DNA of 47,396 nucleotides from Gammaproteobacteria bacterium (GTDB lineage Bacteria; Pseudomonadota; Gammaproteobacteria; Steroidobacterales; Steroidobacteraceae), in assembly GCA_030038875.1 (NCBI GenBank), contig JASHQW010000132.1:1-47396 (forward strand), given 5' to 3'. The notes under the pieces are model-generated. The model saw only the letters and a list, made by a program, of their open reading frames with translations, had not been told where the DNA came from and did no database searches. The position numbers were made by a program, and so were the translations under genes. This document shows positions 26,412 to 34,072 of this stretch, one piece after another. Within the stretch, counting starts at the first letter, position 1; every line of letters begins with the position of its first letter.

Positions 26412-27830
26412 ATGACACACAGCGAATCCCAGATCCTCAGCCTGCTCGATGGCGAGCTCTCCGGCGGCGTGGCTCCCGAAGAGGCGCCGGCGCGCGACCG
26501 GCTCACCGGCATGCTGAGCCGCGAGGCCCTCCTCGCCCGCCTCGGGCACACCATCGCCAGAGCGGCGGCACAGCCGCGCAGCGGCTTCGCCCTGCTGTTC
26601 CTCGACCTCGATCGCTTCAAGCTGGTGAACCATGCCTACGGCCACGAAGCCGGGGATCAGCTGCTGCGCCAGGTCGCCGAGCGGGTGCGCGCCACGAGCC
26701 GCGCCACCGACGCGGTGCTCCCCACCACGCGCGGCAATGCCGCGGCACGGCTCGGGGGCGATGAGTTCGTGGTGGTGCTGGAGGGCCTGTCGCGCCCCGA
26801 GGAAGCGCATGCGGTTGCCGAGCGTCTGCTCGCGGCGCTCGCCGCCGACTACTGGATCCAGGGCACCCGCGTCACGATCTCCGCCAGCATCGGCGTCGTG
26901 CACAGCGACGGCGGCTACGGCAATGCCAGCGACCTGCTGCGCGATGCGGATGCCGCAATGTACGCCGCCAAGAGCGCCGGCCGCGGCCGCTACGCGGTCT
27001 TCGACGCCTCGATGAGCCAGCGCACGCGGCTGCGCGTCGACACCGAGCGCGAGCTGCGCGCCGCCATCGACACCGAGCAGCTCACCCTCGTCTACCAGCC
27101 CATCGTGAGCCTGCAAACCGGCGCGGTCGTCGGCATCGAGGCGCTGGTGCGCTGGCAGCATCCGGTGAAGGGGCTGATTCCGCCGGCCGAATTCCTGCCC
27201 ATCGCGGTGGAGAGCGGCTTGATCAAGCCGATCGGCGAGTGGGTGGCGCACAAGGCCTGCCGCGACTTCGCCCGGCTGCTGCGGCAGATGGGCGCGGCGG
27301 CGCCCGAGTTCGTGAGCGTCAATCTCTCGCGCCGGCAGCTCGGGGATCCGGCGCTGCCGGCCACGCTCGCCGCCATCCTGCACGACGCCGGGCTCGAGCC
27401 GCGGCACCTGCACCTCGAGATCACCGAGAGCGAGCTGATGACGGATTTCGCGGTCGCCAAGCAGACGCTCGATGCCATCAAGGCGCTCGGCATCGCCTTG
27501 TCGGTGGACGATTTCGGAACCGGCTACTCCTCGCTCGCGAGCCTGCACGAGTTTCCGATCGACATATTCAAGCTCGACAGATCGTTCATGGCCTCGAGCA
27601 TGCGCAGCGCGCAGGGGCCGGCGCTGGTCGCCGTCGCCCACGCGATGATTCTGCTGGCGCGCAACATCAACGTGCGGGTGATTGCCGAGGGTGTCGAGAC
27701 GGCCGAGCAGCTCGCGCTGCTGCAGTCCCTGCAGTGCGATATGGCGCAGGGCTACTTTCTCGGCCGCCCGATGCCGCTCGAGGCCCTGGCGACTCATCGG
27801 GTGCCGCTGCAGGTGCAGAGCGAGCCCTGA
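26412..27830 (+). CDS. GGDEF-EAL protein (putative bifunctional diguanylate cyclase/phosphodiesterase) without an N-terminal sensor domain
   Basis: GGDEF domain starts about aa 30 (RDRLTGML...RLGGDEFVVVLEG). EAL domain: EALVRWQHP, DDFGTGYSSL, KLDRSF, AEGVETAEQ, QGYFLGRP. Confidence 0.92.
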   Translation: MTHSESQILSLLDGELSGGVAPEEAPARDRLTGMLSREALLARLGHTIARAAAQPRSGFALLFLDLDRFKLVNHAYGHEAGDQLLRQVAERVRATSRATDAVLPTTRGNAAARLGGDEFVVVLEGLSRPEEAHAVAERLLAALAADYWIQGTRVTISASIGVVHSDGGYGNASDLLRDADAAMYAAKSAGRGRYAVFDASMSQRTRLRVDTERELRAAIDTEQLTLVYQPIVSLQTGAVVGIEALVRWQHPVKGLIPPAEFLPIAVESGLIKPIGEWVAHKACRDFARLLRQMGAAAPEFVSVNLSRRQLGDPALPATLAAILHDAGLEPRHLHLEITESELMTDFAVAKQTLDAIKALGIALSVDDFGTGYSSLASLHEFPIDIFKLDRSFMASSMRSAQGPALVAVAHAMILLARNINVRVIAEGVETAEQLALLQSLQCDMAQGYFLGRPMPLEALATHRVPLQVQSEP

Positions 27831-27920
27831 CCGCGGAGGAGCGATCCGCGCCCTGGCGCCAGCGTGCGCTAGCGGAAGATCTCCCGGGAAACGCCGCCTG
27901 GCGGTGCCGGGCGAATCGTG

Positions 27921-28103
27921 TCAGCCGCCGCCGGCGCGCAGCTGCGCCAGGGCCTGCTCGAAGATGCGGATGTTCTCCGGCGAATCTTCGGCCGCCTCGG
28001 CCTTCTCCGACGAGATCTTCGTCAGCATGGCCAGCTTGATGCGGCCGGCGAGCCCGAACTCCTGGGCCGCTTGCTTGTAAAACTCATTCAGTCTGGCTGC
28101 CAT
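27921..28103 (-). CDS. Small helical hypothetical protein (60 aa)
   Basis: ATG preceded by TAAGGAAG 7 nt upstream and only 19 nt after the stop of the HAMP gene. Sequence MAARLNEFYKQAAQEFGLAGRIKLAMLTKISSEKAE... has a Lys/Glu-rich, non-artefact composition. Confidence 0.6.
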   Translation of the reverse strand: MAARLNEFYKQAAQEFGLAGRIKLAMLTKISSEKAEAAEDSPENIRIFEQALAQLRAGGG

Positions 28104-28122
28104 GATCGTGCTTCCTTAGCTC

Positions 28123-28926
28123 TCAAGCCTGGCCGGAGGCAGCTGCCAGCTTGGTCAGCTCCTCGATGGCCGCATGAACTCCCTTCATGCTCTCGCCGAA
28201 CTGTCCGATCTCATCGGGTCCGGAGATATCGACCGACAGGCCTTCGATGTCGGCCCTGGCGAGCCGGTCCGACACCGCCTTCAGCCGCCCGAGGCGCTCG
28301 AGGATGGTGCGCACCGTCACGAACCCCACGAGCCCGAGGCCCGCGAGCAGGCCGCCGCTCAGGGCGAGCGCCAGGTTGCGGGCCCGGCCGACGGCGCGCT
28401 CCTGCGCCGCGACCGAGGCGACCACGTCGTCGTTCAACCGCTTGACCACCTGGTCGAAGAGATCGGTCGGCGCGCGATCCTGGCCGCGCACCATCCTGTC
28501 GGCGACCTTGAAATCGAAGCCGCTGGCAACATAGGCGTCGTACGCGGTCTGGTACTTCTCGCCCATCACCTTGTGGGCACCCACGAACTGGTTGAGCAGC
28601 TCGCGCGACTCGGGGTCCTGCATGCCGGCGGCGAGCGCCTCCGCCCCGCTGCGCACCGACGACTCCTCGTCGTGGAACTGCCGGGTGTACCTGGCGAGAT
28701 CGTCCGGCGTGTGGCCGCGCAGCAGGATGTCCTTCCACTCCTGCACCTGCTTCTTGAAGCTGACCTGGATGACGCGCGCGTCCTCGGCCTGGCGCACTTG
28801 CCCGCTGAGGAGCGCGTCGTACCCGGCAGACACGGTGCGGGTCTGCGCCAGCAGCGCCAGCGCGAGGAGCACGAACAGCGTGACGACCCCACAGAAGAAG
28901 ACGATCAGTTTGGTTGAGATCCTCAT
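28123..28926 (-). CDS. Membrane sensor with a periplasmic four-helix-bundle-like domain and a HAMP domain but no output domain
   Basis: Start MRISTKLIVFF (CAT at 28924-28926, GGAGG upstream). TM1, then a roughly 170-aa helical periplasmic region (QVQEWKDILLRG). TM2, then HAMP (DISGPDEIGQFGESMKGVHAAIEEL). The protein ends 15 aa later. Confidence 0.75.
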   Translation of the reverse strand: MRISTKLIVFFCGVVTLFVLLALALLAQTRTVSAGYDALLSGQVRQAEDARVIQVSFKKQVQEWKDILLRGHTPDDLARYTRQFHDEESSVRSGAEALAAGMQDPESRELLNQFVGAHKVMGEKYQTAYDAYVASGFDFKVADRMVRGQDRAPTDLFDQVVKRLNDDVVASVAAQERAVGRARNLALALSGGLLAGLGLVGFVTVRTILERLGRLKAVSDRLARADIEGLSVDISGPDEIGQFGESMKGVHAAIEELTKLAAASGQA

Positions 28927-29019
28927 GGCAAGCACGCCTCCAATGCGCACTGTGTCCTGGGTTGGCCTGGCGGCTCGATTTGACAATCCTTGAGCCGCGC
29001 TACTTGCAATCGCCGGAAA

Positions 29020-31287
29020 TCAGAACTCCGTCCAGTCGTCGTTGCCGCCGGTGGCCGCCTTGGCCGCCGGCTTCCTGACCGCCTTGACGGGGGCGGCACT
29101 GCGCGCGGCCGGGGCGCCGGCGGGCGCTGCGGCTTTCTTCGCCGCGCTCGTCCCGCGGCTGGTCGAGGCCTGCGCGGCCGCGGCCGCCGCGGCCTGCGCC
29201 GACACCTGGTAGCGCTCCATCATCTGACTGAGCCCCTTGGCCTGGTCGGCCATCGACTGGCTGGCCGCGGACGCCTGCTCCACCAGCGCGGCGTTCTGCT
29301 GCGTCATCTCGTCGAGCTGTACCACCGCCTTGTTGACCTGCTCGATACCGGCCGACTGCTCGCGGCTCGCGCCGGCGATCTCGCCGACGATGTCGCTCAC
29401 CTTCTTCACGGCGGTGACGATGTGATCGAGCGTCTGGCCGGACTGGGTGACGAGCTGCGAGCCCTCCTCGACCTTCCTGACGCTGTCCTGGATCAGCCCC
29501 TTGATCTCCTTGGCCGCGGTGGCGCTGCGCCCGGCGAGATTGCGCACCTCGCTCGCCACCACCGCGAAGCCGCGGCCCTGCTCGCCCGCACGCGCGGCTT
29601 CGACCGCCGCGTTGAGCGCCAGCAGATTGGTCTGAAAGGCGATCTCGTCGATCACGCCGATGATGTCGACGATCTTCTTCGAGGCCCCGTTGATCTCGGT
29701 CATGGCGCGGATGGCCTGGCCCACTACGCTGCCGCCCTTGTCGGCCTGATCGCGGGCCGCAATGGCGAGCTGGCTCGCCTGGCTGGCGTTGTCGGCGTTC
29801 TGCTTGACGGTCGAGGTCATCTCCTCCATCGAGGAGGCCGTCTGCTCGAGGCTCGCCGCCTGCTCCTCGGTACGCTGACTCAGGTCGGCGTTGCCCTGGG
29901 AGATCTCCACCGCGCCGCGCGACACCTCGGTCGCCGACGCCTGTACGATGCTCACGACCTCGCTCATGTTCTCGGTGAGCTGATTGATGCCCCTGCCGAT
30001 CTCGGCGAACACGCCCGACTTGCCGCTCAGGTCCATGCGGTGCGTGAGGTCACCGGAGGTCGCGCTCTGCACCAGACTCTTGATCTCGGCCTCGATGCCG
30101 AGCTCCGCGGTGCGGTCCGCCCACTCGAGCACCGTGCCGAGGCGCCGGCCGTCCGCGTCCTTCATGGGATTGGCGCTGATGCGCATGGTGCGCCCGCCGA
30201 TCGTGATCTGCGCCGTGAAGGTCTTGTCGAGGGCCAGGAGCAGATTGCGCTGGTGCGCGGGATTCCTGTGGAAGTTGTCGATACTGGTGCCGAGCAACCG
30301 GCTCGCGTCGAAGCCCGGCAGGTCCCTGCGGAAGTCGTCCTGCGCGCAGCTCATCATCTCCCGCATGGCGTTGTTCAGGTACATGATGTTGAGATCCGTA
30401 TCCGCCACCATCACGTTCGAGGACAGGTTGTCGAGCGCGCCCTTGAAGGCGGCGTTCAGCGCGCTCTGCCGCACCTGCTCGGTGATGTCGGTCGAGTACT
30501 CGACCACCTTGAAGGGCTTGTCGTCCATGTCGCGGATCGGGTTGTAGGTGGACTGCAGCCACACCTCGCGCCCGCCCTTGCCGACGCGCCGGTACTGCCC
30601 GGCGTCTCCTTCGCCGCGGGCGAGCTTGCCCCAGAAGGTGCGGAACTCCGCCGAGTCGCGCTGTGCGGGATTGAGCAGCATGCCGTGATGCTTGCCGCGG
30701 ATCTCCTCGAGCTGATAACCCACGGCCTTGAGATAATTCTCGTTGGCCGTGAGGATGGTGCCGTCCATGCGAAACTCGATGACTGCCTGCGCGTTGCTCA
30801 CCGCCTTGAGCTCGCCCTCGTATTCGGTCGACTTCCTGATGGTCTCGGTGATGTCCTGGGCGAGCGCGACCACCTTGACGAGCTTGCCATTCTCATCCGC
30901 AATCGGGTTGTAGCTGGCACGGATCCAGACCACACGGCCCTCCTTGTGGAAGCGCCGCTGGCGCCCGGACTGGGGCTCGCCGCGCTGCAGCTTCTCCCAG
31001 AACGCGCGGTATTCGGCGCTCTCGCGTGCGGCAGGCGGCACGAATATCCGGTGGTGCTGGCCACGCACCTCCTCGAGCGAGTAGCCGAAGACCTTCAGAA
31101 AGTTCTCGTTGGCCCAGAGGATCGTGCCATCGAGCCCGAGCTCGATGACGGCCTGCGAGCGACGTATCGCGGCAACCTGGCCGGCGAGATCCGCATACGA
31201 CAGCTCGTCGGACGCCGCGATGCGCGGCTGGGAGGCTGTTGCTTCTGCGCCCGCCGACAGGGCCTTGCGTACCATCTTGATCATCAC
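29020..31287 (-). CDS. Soluble methyl-accepting chemotaxis protein with three PAS domains and a C-terminal xWxxF pentapeptide
   Basis: No TM segment. Two near-duplicate PAS modules (AVIELGLDGTILWANENFL / AVIEFRMDGTILTANENYL) plus a third (FHRNPAHQR). Signalling hairpin EIAFQTNLLALNAAVEAARAGEQGRGFAVVASEVRNLA. Ala/Pro/Lys linker ending DDWTEF. Confidence 0.92.
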   Translation of the reverse strand: MMIKMVRKALSAGAEATASQPRIAASDELSYADLAGQVAAIRRSQAVIELGLDGTILWANENFLKVFGYSLEEVRGQHHRIFVPPAARESAEYRAFWEKLQRGEPQSGRQRRFHKEGRVVWIRASYNPIADENGKLVKVVALAQDITETIRKSTEYEGELKAVSNAQAVIEFRMDGTILTANENYLKAVGYQLEEIRGKHHGMLLNPAQRDSAEFRTFWGKLARGEGDAGQYRRVGKGGREVWLQSTYNPIRDMDDKPFKVVEYSTDITEQVRQSALNAAFKGALDNLSSNVMVADTDLNIMYLNNAMREMMSCAQDDFRRDLPGFDASRLLGTSIDNFHRNPAHQRNLLLALDKTFTAQITIGGRTMRISANPMKDADGRRLGTVLEWADRTAELGIEAEIKSLVQSATSGDLTHRMDLSGKSGVFAEIGRGINQLTENMSEVVSIVQASATEVSRGAVEISQGNADLSQRTEEQAASLEQTASSMEEMTSTVKQNADNASQASQLAIAARDQADKGGSVVGQAIRAMTEINGASKKIVDIIGVIDEIAFQTNLLALNAAVEAARAGEQGRGFAVVASEVRNLAGRSATAAKEIKGLIQDSVRKVEEGSQLVTQSGQTLDHIVTAVKKVSDIVGEIAGASREQSAGIEQVNKAVVQLDEMTQQNAALVEQASAASQSMADQAKGLSQMMERYQVSAQAAAAAAAQASTSRGTSAAKKAAAPAGAPAARSAAPVKAVRKPAAKAATGGNDDWTEF

Positions 31288-31360
31288 GCGCTCGCTTTGG
31301 GAAGAGAAGCCGAACCTGCCGCTTAAGGGCGGCGCCCCCGAAAATCCCGGGAGACCGTGG

Positions 31361-31391
31361 CTATAGCGGCAGGCGCGCGCCGGACTTGAGT
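31361..31391 (-). promoter_or_regulatory. Candidate FliA (sigma-28) promoter upstream of the chemoreceptor gene
   Basis: The minus strand reads TCAAGTCC-N11-GCCGCTAT, against the consensus TAAAGTTT-N11-GCCGATAA (5/8 and 6/8 with exact spacing). It lies about 74 nt upstream of the ATG at 31287. Confidence 0.4.
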
Positions 31392-31415
31392 CGTCCGGCG
31401 GCGCGCGGCCGCGGC

Positions 31416-31868
31416 TCAGACAGCCGTGCTAAGCAGCCGCCCCGGGGCGGTGGCGGTGCCGCTCTGCAGGCTCTGCAACAGCGCCTGCAGCTGCTGCGAG
31501 GAGGTGCCGGAAGCGGCGGTGCCGCTGCCCGCGCCGCTGCTCTGGCTCTGCTCTAGGAGTGACAGCAGCTGCGACATGCCGCCGCCGTGATGGCGATGGT
31601 GATGGCCGTGCAGCGCGCCCGTGGAGGTGGTGCCGTTCGCCGTGGCGGTGGCGCCGGCCGTCGTCGGGGTGCCGGCCGCAGCAGTAGCCGCGGTTGCGGA
31701 CGTGGAGCTGGCGGTGCCGGCGGAAGCGGCGCTGGCGCCCGACTGCTGCAGCTCCTGCAGCAGGGTGCTGGCGAAGCTGCCCGCGCAGGTGGCCGCGGCC
31801 GCCAAGGGGTTCTTGCTCGCGATCTGGCTCGCCCAGACCGAAGGGTTCAAAACGCTCGAGATGGACAC
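31416..31868 (-). CDS. Low-complexity Ala/Ser/Thr/Gln-rich protein with a His cluster and three LLQxLQSG-like repeats
   Basis: GTG start (CAC at 31866-31868) 7 nt after AAGGAG. Very high third-position GC and almost no Arg, unlike spurious GC-rich ORFs. Contains HGHHHRHHGGG. Repeats: LLQELQQSG, LLSLLEQSQSSG, LQALLQSLQSG. Confidence 0.65.
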   Translation of the reverse strand: MSISSVLNPSVWASQIASKNPLAAAATCAGSFASTLLQELQQSGASAASAGTASSTSATAATAAAGTPTTAGATATANGTTSTGALHGHHHRHHGGGMSQLLSLLEQSQSSGAGSGTAASGTSSQQLQALLQSLQSGTATAPGRLLSTAV

Positions 31869-32131
31869 TGGCTGAGACTCCTTGAGTTGTTCAATGCGAG
31901 GGGTCAGCGAACGGGCCGGCGAAGTGCGGCAACAGCTTCGGCCACCCTTTGCCGCCGAAGCGCCTGAGTACGGCAAGGCCTTGCCGGCTCGGGCGCACCC
32001 GCCACGGCAGTGGCGGTCGCTGCAGGGGAATCGGGTGCCGCAACATGCTGACGTACTCCGCTGATTCCGTTCGCTATCCTTGCTTCATCGCGGGCCTTGT
32101 CGGTCGGCGGCCCGGAGGCACGCCAGGAAGG

Positions 32132-32147
32132 TGCAATCGCGGTGCCA
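32132..32147 (-). promoter_or_regulatory. Sigma-54 (-24/-12) promoter, perfect consensus
   Basis: The minus strand reads TGGCAC-CGCGA-TTGCA, matching 11/11 of TGGCAC-N5-TTGCW. It is intergenic and points at the low-complexity protein gene and the chemoreceptor operon. Predicted start site is near 32121. Confidence 0.65.
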
Positions 32148-32218
32148 CCTGGGGCTACGTGGTTCACGGAATTGCAACGCACCGACCGCGGAGCGGAATG
32201 CGCGGCCAGGAGGCCGGC

Positions 32219-32249
32219 CCGACCGGGCCGCGCACAGCGGCCCGGTCGG
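32219..32249 (-). terminator. Strong GC hairpin 18 nt after the porin stop codon
   Basis: CCGACCGGGCCGC-GCACA-GCGGCCCGGTCGG is a 13-bp perfect stem. No U-tract follows. It also lies about 100 bp upstream of the sigma-54 promoter. Confidence 0.5.
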
Positions 32250-32266
32250 ACCTGGAGGTCAGCTCA

Positions 32267-33664
32267 TCAGAACTTCACGCGCCCGCCGACCATGAAGGTC
32301 GTCTGGCTCTGGCTGCCGGAGGTCCCGACGGTGGTACCGGGGTAGCCGAAGGCGAGACCATCGGTCACTTCGGAGTAGTTGACGCCGGCGTACAGGTCGT
32401 AGTGCTTGTTGAACACATAGTCCACCACGAACGATGCTTCGTAGAAATCGCCGGAGCACAGCAAGCCGGCCGCGGCGCAGCCCACGCCCTGCGTGCCGGT
32501 CGTGCCGAGCCCGATCGTCCAGCTGTTCTGCGTGATGTAGTAGAAGCCGCCGACGAGGTTGAGCCCGCTGCTCGCGACGTACCGGCCACCCACCCAGAAC
32601 ACATTGTAGTCGGCGCTGCTGTTGATGTTGATGCCGACATCGATCAGGTAATCCCCCTGGGCGTTGCCGTTGCTGTAGTCCGAGTGGGCCTTCTGGATGT
32701 GCGAGTACCCCGCGTAGACGTTGAATTTATCCTGCTGCGGCAGATCGAACGTGTACTTCCCGAGCACGCTGTACGAGGTGTCATCGGAGATGTACGCCGC
32801 CAGGCCGGTCAGGGGTACCGGGTTGCCCGCGGTGGGATCGTCGAAGGAGCTGCGCAGGTTCACGGCGCCATTCTCGTTCTCGTACACGGCGTCGATCGAC
32901 AGCGGGCCGCTGGTGATGCCGATGTCGGCGCCGAAGGCGTGACCGAGGAGGCCCCCGTCCTGGGCACCGCTCGAATAGAGCAGCGCCAGGTGGAACTGCG
33001 GGTTCTGGTACGAGTACCTCACCGAGTTGTCCCAGCGCGCTGCCTCGGTGCTGCCGGCGCCGCCGGTGAATCCCGAGTAGCCGAGGAACGAGAAGGCGTA
33101 CGACAGTGCCTGCGGGTCGTAAGTCGCCAGCGCATCGAGCAGCAGCGAGTTATGCCGGCCGATGGTGATCTGCCCGGAGTTCGGGCTGCTCATGCCGCCG
33201 AAGGCCTGGGCGTTGAAGAACTGGCCGCAACGGCTGCTGTCGGCGTTCGCGGTCTGGTTGCCCTGGGTCTTGCCGGCGTTGGAAGCGATACTGCCGCAGG
33301 CGTCGGTCAGGTGGCCCGACGTCGGATTGAAGCCCGTCTCGACCCGGCCGACGAGGCTCCAGTCCTCCACGATGGGCTGTGCCACGCGGACGCCGATCTT
33401 GGATTGCTCGAGCCCGCTCGAGGCGACCGTCGAGACGGAGCCGGCAAAGTTACGCGTCGTGGTAAACGCCTGATATTCCAGATTTCCCGGCAGCTCGCTG
33501 TTCGGCGGCACGCCGTGGTTCTGGTACGCGTAACCGATGTCGATCGTCCCGTAGAGCGTCACGCCGCCAAGCGTCAGGCTGTCCGGCAGCGGGTCGGCGG
33601 CTTGCGCGGACGTGGCCGTCAGCGCTAACGCGAGTACGGCCAGCAGCAGATAACTCTTGCTCAT
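32267..33664 (-). CDS. Outer-membrane porin (Gram-negative general porin family)
   Basis: Start MSKSYLLLAVLALALTATSAQA (CAT at 33662-33664, GAGGAGGGAGG upstream). VTLYGTIDIGYAY, alternating beta-strand pattern, C-terminal ...MVGGRVKF. Confidence 0.88.
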   Translation of the reverse strand: MSKSYLLLAVLALALTATSAQAADPLPDSLTLGGVTLYGTIDIGYAYQNHGVPPNSELPGNLEYQAFTTTRNFAGSVSTVASSGLEQSKIGVRVAQPIVEDWSLVGRVETGFNPTSGHLTDACGSIASNAGKTQGNQTANADSSRCGQFFNAQAFGGMSSPNSGQITIGRHNSLLLDALATYDPQALSYAFSFLGYSGFTGGAGSTEAARWDNSVRYSYQNPQFHLALLYSSGAQDGGLLGHAFGADIGITSGPLSIDAVYENENGAVNLRSSFDDPTAGNPVPLTGLAAYISDDTSYSVLGKYTFDLPQQDKFNVYAGYSHIQKAHSDYSNGNAQGDYLIDVGININSSADYNVFWVGGRYVASSGLNLVGGFYYITQNSWTIGLGTTGTQGVGCAAAGLLCSGDFYEASFVVDYVFNKHYDLYAGVNYSEVTDGLAFGYPGTTVGTSGSQSQTTFMVGGRVKF

Positions 33665-34072
33665 ATCGAGTCCCTCCCTCCTCAAGACCGATGTGTGTTA
33701 GTGCGATCCCCAACTGCTCACCCTGATGACTGTTGCAGGAGTATTTCACGGAAAGGCCGGTGTTAGAAACTACGTTTGTTTGTTGCTTTTAGGCGTCACC
33801 CCGGCGCCCGCGAGTCTGCGGCGGCGATGCACAGGCTCCGCCTCGGCTTCCGCTTGAGGGAGTCAGCACGCGAAAGTCGGGCGCTGTTGGATGTTGGTCC
33901 GTGTGAGCGGCATTTATTCTGCAACACGCGCGTCGCCGGGCCGTAACGCAGCCCCTCTATGGTTCCTGGCGCGGTGCAAACGAATCCTTCGGCGACATCG
34001 TGCTGTGGGATTTCGTGCCGGTGTTCGCCGTGGCGCAGCTGCAGGAGATCCCGGGGTCCAACCCGCGGATGG

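Noticed and set aside
28967-28994. A second FliA-like motif, TCAAGGAT-N11-GCCGCCAG, between the MCP and HAMP genes.
   Set aside because: The -10 half matches only 5/8 and lacks the conserved ATAA. It is mentioned under the main FliA finding but is too weak to call as a feature.
28990-31326. Very long ORFs antisense to, or out of frame with, real genes. Examples: 778 aa at 28990-31326(+), 542 aa at 26169-27797(-), 429 aa at 6078-7367(-), 559 aa at 31949-33628(+), 541 aa at 42740-44365(-), 730 aa at 22110-24302(+), and 574 and 521 aa around 38827-40763.
   Set aside because: Their products are Arg/Gly/Pro/Ala/His-rich with no recognisable motifs. The opposite or alternate frame encodes clearly recognisable proteins (MCP, GGDEF-EAL, TonB receptor, porin, and so on). 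This is the typical stop-codon-poor artefact of high-GC DNA.
31891-32046. A 51-aa ORF (MLRHPIPLQRPPLPWRVRPSRQG...) in the leader behind the perfect sigma-54 promoter, with GGAG 9 nt upstream.
   Set aside because: The Pro/Arg/Gly-rich composition is typical of off-frame GC-rich sequence, and I recognise no homologue. It is kept only as a note inside the promoter finding.
32160-32177. Plus-strand TGGTTCACGGAATTGCA, a sigma-54-like motif next to the real minus-strand one.
   Set aside because: The GG-N11-GC spacing is off by one, and no plus-strand gene lies downstream.
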